Part shown: one piece after another, positions 35,201 through 48,200 of the stretch
Position numbering within the stretch: the stretch's first letter is position 1
Layout of the letters: each line of letters begins with the position of its first letter
DNA from: Oopsacas minuta
Lineage: Eukaryota; Animalia; Porifera
Assembly (NCBI GenBank): GCA_024704765.1
Contig: JAKMXF010000322.1
Coordinates: 124,001-188,000, forward strand
Length of the DNA: 64,000 nucleotides
Reading direction: 5' to 3'
Notes under the pieces: generated by a model
Database searches by the model: none
What the model was told of the DNA's origin: nothing
What the model saw: the letters and a program-made list of their open reading frames with translations, nothing else
Position numbers and translations under genes: made by a program

Positions 35201-37536
35201 GCCTATAATTTCTAATTTCTTCCTAGCATCATATCTGTTGATAAACTATGCAACATTTACCGCGGATCTCGGGAATTCTCCAGGATGGCGCCCAAGTTTC
35301 AAATTCTATAATAAATGGGTGTCACTTTTGGCGGCTTTATTGTGCCTATTAATTATGTTTTTTATCCAATGGGAGACTGCGCTCGTGACTGTTATTCTTA
35401 TACTGCTTTTGTATAAATACGTTGATTTCAGGAAACCCAACGTTAATTGGGGGTCAAGCACCCAGGCTTACAGACACAGGACGGCTATTGTAAGTTGACT
35501 CATAGGGGGCTAGGGGGTGGACCAAGAGAGGACCGGTCAGATGGTGATTGAGGGTCTGGGGTGTTGACAAATTAGGGACCATTTCCATATTTGGTCTATC
35601 AAAAGTATCAAAAATTATATTTTAATTATAGGATATGGCGACAATATTTGGTATCATATTTTGACACCTTTGGGTCAGCCTTGCATCTCTGTTATGGACT
35701 CCAAAATCTATTTTAGGTAAATCTCTACAAACTTGAGAAACTCCCTGAACATGTTAAGAACTTTCGTCCTCAAATGCTTGTCCTCACAGGGGACCCAGAT
35801 AGGACCAATCTCTCCCAAACACCTGACCTGGTGTACCTAGCGGCCCATATTATCCGGAGCATCGGTATCAACGTATACGGACAAGTCTTAACTGGGGACT
35901 TTGACTCCAACGTCCGAAACGCAGACGAGATCGAACGTAACCAGCGGGAATGGTTAGCTAAGAATAAACTGCGAGGATTCTATAATTGTGTCATAGCTAA
36001 AGACTATAACCAAGGGGTACAATCCTTATTGCAACTAGCAGGTGTTGGTAAACTGAAACCAAATATTTTATACATGGGGTACCCAGAAAAATGGCGGGAA
36101 AATTCGGACGAGGTGTTGGAAGATTATTTGAATACAATTCATTGGGCGTTTGATTTGAATTTTGGTGTCTGTTTGTTTCGGGTACAGAACAGGGAGAAAT
36201 ATTTTGTGAGGAAAGATAAGATGTACAGGTACAACTTCATGAGGTATGTTGTTGTTTTGTAAACAAACAAACAAACAAACAACTATTTACACGAACATAT
36301 CAGTTGTTTATTTAGTGTTTTGTTTATAATAGAAGTGTTAAGAGGATCGCTTATCAAAGACCAAATCTCCCAAATATTGGAAAGAAAAAACAAAATTACA
36401 AATTGAGCCAACCAACAAATCAAGATGGATCAGCTGTTCGTGTTAAACTGGCGCCTCTTGAGACCATGTTATCAGTTGATCCAAATCTATTTCCTCCTGA
36501 TGTGGAACTTAATTCCGAGGTAATTTTTGTTGTTGTTTTGTTGTTTTCTAGTTTATATGTAAACATTTTAGAAAGATGAACATTTTGACCCCAAAGCTGT
36601 CACTTCCGAAGCGTCACCAGAGCCACATTCTGCCACCCAAACACCTCCAAATGAACCACACACAAATTCCAGTTCTGACAACGATACTGAATCTGAAACT
36701 GACACTGAAACTATAGATAGTTCCAATCCAGTGAGTATATTCTTTCTCCCTCAAGACAAGGGGACCATTGACGTTTGGTGGCTCTATGACGATGGCGGAC
36801 TAGCCCTACTCCTGCCACATTTATTGACGCGACACAAAAAGTGGAGCGGAGTGTCACTTAGAATATTTTTAGCTTCCTCCATCTCTAACACAGCTCAGAA
36901 ACACAAACATATACAAATGTTGAAAAGATTTAGAATTCCATTTTCAAGCGTTGAAGAAGTGTCCACTTTAAATGAACCACCTAGCAATGAAAGTGTTACT
37001 TTGTATAACTCATTTGCAGAGCTGGATGATAATGAAAGGGTTTGTTTGTTTGTTTGTTTGTTTGTTTGTTAGTGGTAAACAGGGGTAAACAAGGCTATGG
37101 AATTCGATATGACACCTTTCAAATGTAACATTGTGAAAAACGTCGGCACAGGCTGTAGGCAATATTTTCATTTTCCTGATAGATATATGCGAGTATTAAT
37201 TTAATAATTCGTTGATTACTCATATTTCACACCTTTTTAATTCGATTATATCCCAATCTAAAACAGGCTACAATTTTGAACTTATCATATTAATATTTTC
37301 ACACCTTTTAGGCCACTTTTCTCGACCAGAAAACCACAAGAATGATCCGTCTCGGTGAACTTCTGAGATTTTATTCAAATTCAGCTCGCTTGATCATCCT
37401 TACAATTCCTATCCCCCGTAGGATAAGTATTTCCCCGCGTAAATATCTGTCCTGGCTGGAAATTGTGTCACGAGATCTGCCACCAACACTTCTAATGCGT
37501 GGTAATCAACAGGATGTAATTACGTTCTATTCTTAG
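32270..37536 (+). CDS. SLC12A2: SLC12 cation-chloride cotransporter, NKCC/NCC (SLC12A1-3) type; multi-exon
   Basis: Motifs [79 protein letters not shown] and terminal [18 protein letters not shown]. The symbol marks the closest subfamily, not strict orthology. Confidence 0.93.
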
Positions 37537-37710
37537 TATCAAAACAGGGTGTGTATATATCATGTGATTTATTTGTTCGAGAGATTGTTTATTTTATCTG
37601 TAAATATGTTTACTTTCTTAAGGAGATTGTTGTTGTTATTTACATACAGAGGCAGCGCTATAAGCCGCTTCTCTTGTTGTTATTTACATCATTTGACACC
37701 TAGCTATTTT

Positions 37711-39365
37711 ATGTCATTATTGCTGGAGCCTAATAATCTTCAAAACAGCTACACACAATTATGCCTACAGTTAAATTTAGACCAATCAGGACGTGAGAAA
37801 GCCTGGTCACTCTACAATGAAGTACAGAAGCAGGAGAGATTGCCTGCTATGGCTGAACCACTTCACTGGCTGGTTTGTTCACTTTATCTGGTTTGTTCAC
37901 AGACTACTGTCGAGTCTGTTAATGGAGAGGTGATGAAAGGATCTGGTGTCTCACTTGTGCAGGTATTTATTGTTGATTACAGTAGGTACATACAACTATA
38001 TGTTCCTCTCCAAAGAGCTATGGTATCCATGAGAAATTGGAAATCCCAGGAATTTTCCTATTTTAGCTATATTTCTAATATTTTTGCGTAACATTCCGAA
38101 TCAAATGATTTGGCATTGAAAATCCCGATAAACATGTAAAGTGATTGGTGGAAGTATCTCGGTGTTGTTATTTATCTATATTTTCACACCTTTAGATGCT
38201 ACGACAGAGTCAACTTAGCTTAACTAAATTCTTCAATCTTATAAAAGTATGGATTGAGAGGGTTCACGCGTCTCCGAAAGAATCCGAAAAATTGAAATCT
38301 TTAGAGCTAAAATTCTTAGTTGTACAGGAATCTTTCAGGAAATATAAACAGTATTTCTTACAAGTAAGTTATGAGGGTCTGTTTTGTACTTCTGCGGGCT
38401 AAATTGGCTCATATGGGTACACAATATAATGTTCACGCTCCTGTTCACACCTTTAGTGATTAAGACACCAAATTTGGCATGTGTACTCGTAGTGAGTGGG
38501 AAACAAACACGCAGAATTTGATTTTGACCCTTTCAAATGTCTAACACGATTATTTACAACAAATTTCTTGGCTAAGGCTCATTTTGATTTTTTTGTTTTT
38601 CAAGCTTTTCAAATCATCGGATAATCCAGTTAGACTTGCCCCTATGAGTATTAAAGGGAAGAGGGCACGCTCCAAATCACCTTGCTCCCCAAGCGAAATC
38701 TTTAATTTCGGATGGTCACTACTTCTCCTCGCAAAGGCTCATTACCCTTCCATCGCAGACAATCTCGTATTCTCCCACTACCTTCTGCTGACGTCACTGG
38801 ACTTCTTGTACTCTAACGTGACCGCTTGCAACCGGGCTGAACTCCTGAATGAAACGTTCCCCGGTTTCCCATTGACCCAAAATGAAGGACTATTGGCGGA
38901 CGACAAACAAAATATGATAATACCATATCTTGTAAACAACGACGGTGATATTTTAAGAGGATGTGAAAATATCTCGACACATTATTGGATACCCTTCATC
39001 TCACGACTGACAGAATTTGGAATTCTCCAGGATAACAAATCATTCAACAATAGAGAAAATGTGCAAATATCAATAACAACAACTGGACTATTTGATGTTT
39101 GTGTTTTCAATCAAAATCTGCAATCTATTGTGAATTCCTATGAGACATATGTGTTGCGAGAGAATGAATTGGACGAAAGAATATTTTTGAGAGATAATAG
39201 TTCCAGCGAAATCGGGTCTTTCAAACAGAAAATGGAAGATTTATCACTTCAGGAGAACTCCCCAGAGCCACTCAATGGTGTACCCCTGTCCAAACTTAAA
39301 CCTCCTGCCACCCCACTTACAAGTTTGTTTGTTTGTTTGCCTGCCTGCCTGCCTGCCTGCTTGCC

Positions 39366-39426
<61 letters not shown>

Positions 39427-42400
39427 TTCAATACATCTGCTTGTTTATCTGTCTTCAATACATCCGCTTGTTTGTCTGTTTGTTTATTTGTTTGTTTGTT
39501 CACAGGTAAATCGATATTTATGGCCAAACCAACAGAATCGACACCATTCACCGCTTCAATCGGAGAATCCAAATGGTTAATAGAACTTGGGAAATCAAAT
39601 GGCCCGTATCCAACTGCATCTCTATCTACAGAGCTCAATATTCTTGATCCTACAATTGTCTCTCGGATTGATTGCGCTATCGATAGATTCTTGGAGATAT
39701 TTTCTAAACACTTTTATCAAGATGATAATTGTAAATAATTATGTAAACAAATTTGGTGATAAACAAGGACACAAACAAATACAGTATACTCTGCTTAATC
39801 GGGTCAAATTGGCCTCTGGTCTCGATGTGACCCTATTAAGAGGAGTCTACTGTATACAAGCGAATAAATACACAAATACTTAAATACACTAACAATCAAT
39901 AAACAAGTAAACAAACAACAAACACGATATTATATACCAACTTTAGGTACTATCCCAATTGATCGAGTCATCAACACCTTCGTTACTTTATCTAAAACTC
40001 TCTGCTATGTATTTCTTGAATTTATGGTTAAAACAGAGAAGAAAGGTGGATCTACAGAATGTGATTTACATATTATATCCATAGTTTCAAAGGAAATATT
40101 TCTTAAGACACTGGTTGCTATGTGCGTAGAGATTGTCCTAGCGGTTCATAATTCACAGAAGACGTTCCCTTGGATTACTGACGTTAGTTTTATTGGTTAT
40201 AGGACGGCTCGATCTTTACCTCTTCTATAATCATCTCCCTCGCTGAGGGGTCTAGACAAATACCAATGGGGTAACTATGGAAACTGGGGCATTTCAAAAT
40301 GGTGAACCCTCAAATCTGATAGGACATGGTGTTTGGCGCCTTTTCCCAGTGCTATGTCAAATTTCTCTTTGATATTTAAGGGTGTTCGTTGATATTTCAC
40401 ATTCTACACACATAGCAAATTTCAAATTCGTAGCTAATACCAGTTGCTCAATCTAGAACCGATATTATATGATGGGTATAGAACATTTCGTCACCTAATT
40501 CTCAGAAATTATTGAATGTTTCTTTATGTCCTCTTTGATAGGTGTTAGACCTCACAGAATTTGACTTCTGTCAACTAATCCAACCAATACTTGAATACAC
40601 CAAATTCCTAAGTCGTGCTACTGTCAAGCATTTGAGTAGGATAGAAGAGAGGATCCTTGAGGAACTCATTTGGAAGAATTCCTCTCCCCTCTGGGAAGTT
40701 TTGAAGATGAATGATATGTCTATACCAAGTTGGGAGGAGGTTATGCCTAAAGAGCAGAGGATGTTGATTGAAAAGGGTATTGTTAGTATGCCCAGACTTA
40801 ATTCTACTCCTGGTTTGTTTGTTTGTTTGGTGTTTGTGTAAACTATTTGTCAAAAAGCATTTGGACATAGCACCAATATGCACAGAGGCTTATCCAGCAC
40901 TTTTTGGGTAGTAACATATTATAATTGTTCTTGTACTCAGTTGAGTCTCACTTTGTGTCCTTCATGGCTGCTGAAAGCAAATAAATAAACCACCTAGTGT
41001 ACATGTCCCATTGTCATTGCATAACATATTTCAAAGATTTTGAAAAACCGTCAAATACCATTTTCTATTTTCTGCTATATCCACACAATAGTCAACATAT
41101 TCTCACCGTGTGCCATAAGTGGCTTGGTATGCCAATACTTTTTGACCAAGCAGTATATGACAAAGGTTATAGTATTTTCACACCTTTAGCGGGGCTGGAA
41201 TTCTACCATTTGTTGTTATTTACTTATTTCAATATGATAAACAGGTGCTTCTGGACTCTCGCCACACCCTCTCCGTAATTGCTTCCAGTCCCCAAGGCCC
41301 TTACACTACCATTCCCCGCTAAAACCTAAACCAATCAGATTAGAGAAATCCCAAATAGAATGCTCCTCCTCGACGCCACAATCTTCTGCCACTATTTTCA
41401 CACCTAAAAAAGATTCAGTTTTTAAGATGATTCAGACCCATCCTGTCAAACGGGAACCAACACCAGAACCTTCTGAAATATCAGATGTGTCTCTAAGGTA
41501 ACTAACTCTTCCTGCCATTTTTGTGATACTTCTGCCACTTTTTAGATACTTTTTATTCGTTAGGATGTCGGCTATGTCCAGTTTAATACCTAAATCACCC
41601 ATGAGAGATGTGGAGCCAATGCCACCGTCTGTGAGACGGACATTTGGAATTCAAACATTTTCAACTTTAAACCCGACAGAAAACAATGTGTACTCCACTT
41701 CTGGCACATTAAAGCCACCTAGAAAAGGCTCTATTGCAGTGTTCTTCAAGAAAATATACTTTTTGGCTCACACAAGGCTTCGGGACCTCTGTAGTAAACT
41801 GAACTATGAGCTTAAAATAGTGCAGGTGTGTTGTTGTTTGTTTGTTTGTTTGTTTGTTTGTTTGTTTGTTTGTTTGTTTGTTTACGTCGTGTCCTGAGAA
41901 ATCTGTGCTAGACGAATTGACATGAAAATTGGCACATGGAACATTTTGGAGTGTAGATATGTACCTATGGGTTGAAATATTTGTAAAGTGACTATTTTCA
42001 CACCTTTTCATTGATTAACGTTACACAAATCAGATTTGAAGCTTTTACAATGAAAAGCACTAATTCTATTGTTTTTTAAGATATAATAATTTATCATATG
42101 ATTAATCATATTTTTGTATATTATTTTTGCTCCTAGGTGATTTGGACAATTTTTGAGAACTGCATCAAAGAAAAATCCTCACTCTTCAAGGAGCGACACC
42201 TCGATCAAATCCTCTTAAGCAGTATATACATTGTGTCGCGTGTCTTATGTCTACCACTTAAATTCGAAGATCTGACAAGCAAATACAAAACACAACCACA
42301 AGCATACGCCATAATTTTCAGGTCTGTTCTGCTCAACAATGATCAAGATAACAGCGACACTAATATACCATATGCTATGCGAGGTGATATTGTGCAATTC

Positions 42401-43347
42401 TATAATAAAGTGTTTCTTAAAGGTGAGTTGTGGTTTGTGCCAGTGTTAGTTGTAAACTTGTTTCAGCTGCTACCCGCCCGCATCAAGTTTACCTGTCACA
42501 TGAATATTGTCATTATTGGAAATTCAACTACACAATATATTTACTACTTAACGGATCCTCCTTTAACACGCTTAATTTACATACAATAGACTCTGCTCGG
42601 TCGGTACCGGTACCAGAGACCATTTGACCCGATTAACTGGAGTGATTTAACACTATTTGTAAGGTTCTGTTTCTGGCCAACTGACCCGAGTGACAGGTGG
42701 ATCTATTAATCTGAGTCTATTCTATTTCTAATTAGAATTATTGTAATTTTCCATGAATTGGCTACTTTGTAATATGATAACGCCATAAATAATGAGATAT
42801 GAAGTGTCGCCTGCCCGCGTGCTTAGATAGGCACCATGTGTCACTGAAACAAGTTTCTCATTGACAAGGGGGTATTCTTTACACATACTCACTTTTAGAA
42901 ATGGAATCATTTGCCAAGAGCATTGGACCTGGCGCACTCAACCCATCGACAGCATCGACACTTTCTCCTTTGCCATTTCACTTGACAATGTCGCTCCCGA
43001 AATATCGACGAATCGACACATATTCACAGCCCATTTATGTCCGCACTCATGAATTTGTGCCAGCTAGAAAACACACTACTCCAAGGAAAGTCATTACTAA
43101 TCCACTTTTCACACCTGGCAAAGAAATGCGCGCGCTTAACCAATCAATTAACGAGCGTGGGATCTGTAAACGCCGTATTGACATGCGGGACGAGACTCCC
43201 AATGACGATTTAAGCACCATTCTAAGCCCAGCCAAGCGTCCAACCGCCCCCTATCCAATGCAACGCGAGAACATTGTGAAATTATTAAAATCGCAGATGC
43301 TTACTCCCGACAGTGACTGCAGCGATGACGGCGAAATGGACCTCTAG
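37711..43347 (+). CDS. RBL1: Retinoblastoma-family pocket protein, p107/p130 (RBL)-like; multi-exon
   Basis: Motifs LCLQLNLDQ..LHWLVCSLYLVC, FNFGWSLLLLAKAHYP..ADNLV, NELDERIFL, LTEFDFCQLIQPIL..HLSRIEERILEELIWK, FFKKIYFLAHTRLRDLC, RHLDQILLSSIY and IVQFYNKVF. Confidence 0.9.
42573..42851 (-). mobile_element. 279-bp dispersed repeat in the last RBL intron
   Basis: Near-identical reverse complement of 12444-12722. Degenerate fragments occur at about 39795, 52292-52420 and 55395-55470. Confidence 0.75.
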
Positions 43348-43682
43348 GTAACCCGTGTCTCCTTAAGGACCAGTTTGTGTACCAATTGTGTACTCATTTT
43401 TGCTCCAAATTCCTTATAATTACGTATTTATATCCCCGGCATTGAGTTATTAATGGTAGTTTATTTTCGGATTAAAATTATTTTAGTTTCGAGTTTACGC
43501 ACGACGTTTCTTGTTGTTGTTGACAACTTATTGCCCCCTAATCAGCGACCTAGGGTTCATGGGCCCCTTAGTGGTCCACAGACGAGACCATAATGTGGCA
43601 CAAATAGTTGTGAAAAGGTTGAGAACCACTTCCCCAAATTTATTTAAGTTTTCAAATATTGGCCGGTATTTTATTGCATAGC

Positions 43683-45266
43683 TTATTTTGTGCATTTAAT
43701 TTTACTTATAAAATCTTGTGTGTTGTTGTTGTTGTTGTTATTGCTGTTATTGCTGTTATTGCTGTTGCTGTATCTCTTGCTTAATTGGTTGATAGCTTGA
43801 TGTCTTCTAACCTTCGTAATTAAATTATAGAATACGTCCAGTCTCTCTCTGCATAGTTTAAACCTTGCTTCTAGATCACAGAAAAGGGGTACCGGGTAGT
43901 CAAGACCGATCACACAATTCATTTTAGTCTGTAGGTCCAAAGGAGCCCTCCATGGGGTGTGAATGTACTCCTTTGGGTATCGTGTCAGTTCTGGAAGATA
44001 TTTCTTCACATATTCGCCCTCTGGGTCCAGTTCATTGAGTCCATCAAACGAGGGAGCATCGCTTGTTTTCATAGTCTCGAATAACCAGGTTGACTTAGCT
44101 CCATACATCCAAGAGAGACCACAGATAGCAGAGTTATAATCAATACTCCACCGATAGAACATTTTCACACCTTCCTGCCATCCCAGCCACATCAAATCAC
44201 AGGTCACCATCTTGACTAGGACACTTTTAATTGACGAATGGACGAACCCTTCAGCTTTCAATTGAGCAACCGCCGCGTCCACGATCGGATACCCGGTCTG
44301 TCCAGAGTGGAACCTTTGTTGATGCTCAGCTTTTTCGTCCCATGGCAACACATATGTGTAAATGGAACCTTGGTTGTCAATATTGGCACATTGCCCTCCT
44401 ATGAGTATGTAAAAGTCTCGTCGCTTCAATCCGTCGTAGATCCTATTCACCACTTCTGGATGGTCACTTTTCACTTTCGACACACGAGTATAAATTGTGT
44501 GGACACTTATACAACCGAATTTTATAGCGGGACTCAAGGCAATTGGGTCGCAAAGTAATTCCATTTTGTTCTGAGGGGTCTCTTGGTCACAGCGTATCAT
44601 TAATAATTTTTCTAACTGTGCCATCGCCTCCACTTCGCCACCAAAGAATTTTCTATCCACTTTCTCGAGGACTTTGTCAGTTAGCCCGAAATCTTTGGGG
44701 TCAGGCACAGTTCTGTTGACCTCCAAATCAGCTGATGAGGAGAATTTGGATAGTTCTAGCGTCAAATCTTCCAGAATTGGACTTTTCGGTTGCATTTTTG
44801 AGATTAATTTGAAGAATTCTGTTTCTTTTATGTTTCCAGGAAGTTTTCTGATGTCATAAAGTGTCGTGGAATTTTCTGTCACAAATTTTACGCCGAATCC
44901 AGCCAAAAAATACTCCAAAGATTTTTGATTTTTTCTCCCAACTATTGAGTTCGCCGCTTCGGTAGTGACCCGATTTATTTTCCATTTGGCAATCAAATTT
45001 CGTAAACTTACGGACATTGGGGTATCGATTAGATACAGGGGTACTCCAAATTGGTCCAATCGTGCATGTAGCCCCTTGAGACTGTCCAGTAGGAACAAAA
45101 TTCGATGCACTGGCGGTGGCGAAATCTTCAAAATATGTCCATAATAGAAAACAGTGTATAATTTGTGAGTTGTTTTAAGTGAGTTGAGTAACGCGGGATT
45201 ATCGTCCAATCTAAGACAATCGTCTGTGAAAATATGTAAACTATTATATGTCATGTGTGGGTGCAT
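43683..45266 (-). CDS. CRY: Intronless cryptochrome/photolyase-family protein (animal/sponge CRY-like), 527 aa
   Basis: Motifs LRLDDNPAL, FLLDSLKGL, GGEVEA, LSPAIKFGCISV, LPWD, GQTGYPIVDAAVAQLKAEG, WLGWQEG, DPEGEYVKKYLPEL, YIHTPW and CVIGLDYPVP. Confidence 0.93.
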   Translation of the reverse strand: MHPHMTYNSLHIFTDDCLRLDDNPALLNSLKTTHKLYTVFYYGHILKISPPPVHRILFLLDSLKGLHARLDQFGVPLYLIDTPMSVSLRNLIAKWKINRVTTEAANSIVGRKNQKSLEYFLAGFGVKFVTENSTTLYDIRKLPGNIKETEFFKLISKMQPKSPILEDLTLELSKFSSSADLEVNRTVPDPKDFGLTDKVLEKVDRKFFGGEVEAMAQLEKLLMIRCDQETPQNKMELLCDPIALSPAIKFGCISVHTIYTRVSKVKSDHPEVVNRIYDGLKRRDFYILIGGQCANIDNQGSIYTYVLPWDEKAEHQQRFHSGQTGYPIVDAAVAQLKAEGFVHSSIKSVLVKMVTCDLMWLGWQEGVKMFYRWSIDYNSAICGLSWMYGAKSTWLFETMKTSDAPSFDGLNELDPEGEYVKKYLPELTRYPKEYIHTPWRAPLDLQTKMNCVIGLDYPVPLFCDLEARFKLCRERLDVFYNLITKVRRHQAINQLSKRYSNSNNSNNSNNNNNNNTQDFISKIKCTK

Positions 45267-48200
45267 TCGCGCGCGCGTATGCTAACAACGCCGCTGATGT
45301 GATAGATTGTATTCTCAACTTTTTTTGAATTCTCTTCCATTTATATTTAACACAAACTCCGAGGAAATATCGCTGGAACTTTCCAAAGAACCTGCACGTG
45401 AATTATTGTATATTTCTAGCAAATGAAACTGTATTGGAGTGCACTGAATATTTCTTGCATGCTTTTTCACTTGTCCTGGCAAAGTTATAGCCAGATTGGA
45501 GCGTGACTATACAATTAGAGTTACGCATTCATTTTATGAGGATAATAGATTGATGTTTGGTTGTATATCAAAGGGTTTTGGGCAGTTCTCGACCGCAGAG
45601 CAGAAATAGGGGGTTGGTACGATACAACCCAATTTGTAAGGTGGCCTCTGGATACATTTGGACCAATCTGGTCAGGGGACACCAGGTTTTGTCACATACC
45701 ATATTTTTCCTTGGATTCGTTCTGGGCTTCGCCCTAGAAGTTCGAGGTTTATTTGGGAGCACATCTGAACCTATTGGGCTTAGCAGTGCAAAATTGGTAC
45801 ACACATCATATTTCCACACCTCCAATTATAGCAAATATTGTTTCATCGAGATTAATATCCAAATGTTTCCCGCCTAAACGCGCCAATATTTGGAATTATC
45901 CCGCCTCAATCTCAATTTCCCGCCTTTTCTTTACTCAAAAATGAATATTTTGTTTATTTGTTTGTTTGTTTGTTTGTTGTTAACCGCCTCCATACGAAAT
46001 TAATTATCCTCATTAATTGCATGACAACCATCATGTGAAAATGGAATTTACTTTCCATTGTCTACTAATAGTTTATTAATATTGTCTGTTTGTTTACACA
46101 TTTATGCTAAGAAGGTAATTATTCAATTACTAATCCAATTCTCCTTATGAAACTTAGGGTTATTGTCTATCACTTTAAGTATTAGTAATAATTAATTAGT
46201 TTAGTATTTTAACACCTTTCCATCACTTTATAGATTGCATGAGTTGATTAGACTGGGGAGCGTGTATAATATGTTCTAATATTTCCAATGTAATTTTGCT
46301 AGACGTAATTGAATCTCAAAGTTGAAAACAACCACTTCATGTTTATATGGCTGTTTACACCTGTAGTTTTTGGGATTAGTTTCATGTGTTTGTTTCCCAA
46401 AAATCTGCATTTTTGTAACCAAATACAATCACTATGGTAACGGCACATGTGTAAGATAATTTGAATTTTACAGCCGTATGAATATTTACATATTGGTGTT
46501 AACATCTTTGAAGTTATGCTATGTTTACTTAAAAGGAATTGCTAAGTTGAATTTGATCCTTTATATCTTGAGTAAGGATAATTACCGAACGCTTTGTCCT
46601 ACTTCCAAAATTGGGCTTTCACCAAGAACCACGAGTTGACCCGCTTCGGAAGTCAGCAAGACATTTTTTGTCCACTAATATTGGTGGCGAGAACTATATT
46701 TACCTGTTACGACATATTTGTAACCACTCTTGGTTGCTAGGTGCATTCTAGTAACGTATTCTTGTTGATATAATTCTCTCGTAATTGTTTACATATTTTG
46801 TTACCCAATTATGTAATTAGGTAAATATTTATTTTTGTCAGTAATTAGGCACATTCTCACGTTTTGTCAGACAATGGGCAATTGGTGGTTTGAAATTCGC
46901 GACACTTTTCCAGTTATATTAATATAATAGCAAGCTGTAATTATAGAACTTCCCGCGCCCAAAATATCCCGCGTTGAGTACATTTCCATTATAATATTGA
47001 TCATAATTCGCAAAAATAGCCAGAAAGTGGACATAAGGACCGTTGAAGGTATTGTTACCCTCCTGTACCCTCTAGGATTGACATTAATCAAGGACAATAG
47101 TTCCTAAGAATGTGACTAACTGGCTTAACTTAACAAAACACCTTTGAATATATCATTTTTTCCCAAAATACTTCAAATTCGATTTCCTATCATTTATGCG
47201 TTTTGCCATCCTCATTCTTTGATCGAAAATTGCAATTGCACTTTTCGTATCTTAGCAACACATGTGGCATACATCAAAGGATATCTCAGCTAATTAACTG
47301 AACTTTTATCTCCAAACAGTGCTGGATTAAACATATATACAGGAACCATTAAGATTTGCAATTAACTAGGAAAGTGGTCTATCAACCACTTTGATAACTT
47401 TCAGATCAAAGACCTCAGCTATTTTTACATGTGTATGTATCTTAGATATCGAATCCCGTAGGCGAATACTTGCATGTCAGAATGTATATCATATAACACC
47501 TGGTTGATATATATTGAGCATTTGTGTTGAATTTATAAACCATTTGGAAGTTGAACTATAAAATTGGAAAAGTTCACCCCAAGGGGGCGATGGACCACGG
47601 ACGACAGCAGGTGTCTACACAGGGGCGGTCCCAAGAGTTCTAACCGGGCAAATATTATTATAAAATAGGAAATAGTGGTCTGAGTGTCTGGCCCCGTTTC
47701 CAATTCCTCATTGAGTCCACAGGATGGGTTAAAATTGGCACAGGGGTCCACCGTTCACAGGTGAACTAGGTTGGGGGTCACTTGTAATCGTACTGAGAAA
47801 ATGGGAGATCAATTGGATCATTTTTGAACCCCAATGGGAGAGCTTATTTAGTTCTTAATCTGTTTATTTGTAGTATACATTTGTTTGTTCTTTACTTAAT
47901 TAGCCTATTTATTAAATCTCAATTGTTTGTTTGTTTGTTTGTTTGTCCGTTGTCAAGGAAAGGATTCATGGTATGCTATTTTGAATTATAGCATAACTAT
48001 GTATTAAAAGAATTCAATAAAACTTCACTGAATATATCGAACATGCCGAATCTGATTTTAACACTTTTGGATTAATCATATGCAAATTTATTGTTGTTTT
48101 TATGAATATAAAGTAAACAAATTAGCCAAATCTCGAAATTTACGTGGAGGCTTGCTCTAACGGCTACACAGGGTGTTAATCTTACAAAATAATTCAATAA

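Noticed and set aside
39323-39505. Cys/Leu-rich 61-aa insert in the RBL ORF 38584-39738
   Set aside because: It is a (TGCC/TGTC/GTTT)n intron with GT..CAG ends that happens to be 3n and stop-free. There is no evidence of retention without RNA data.
45557-45877. 106-aa ORF upstream of CRY
   Set aside because: It needs a non-ATG start, has no recognisable homology and the sequence looks repeat-derived.
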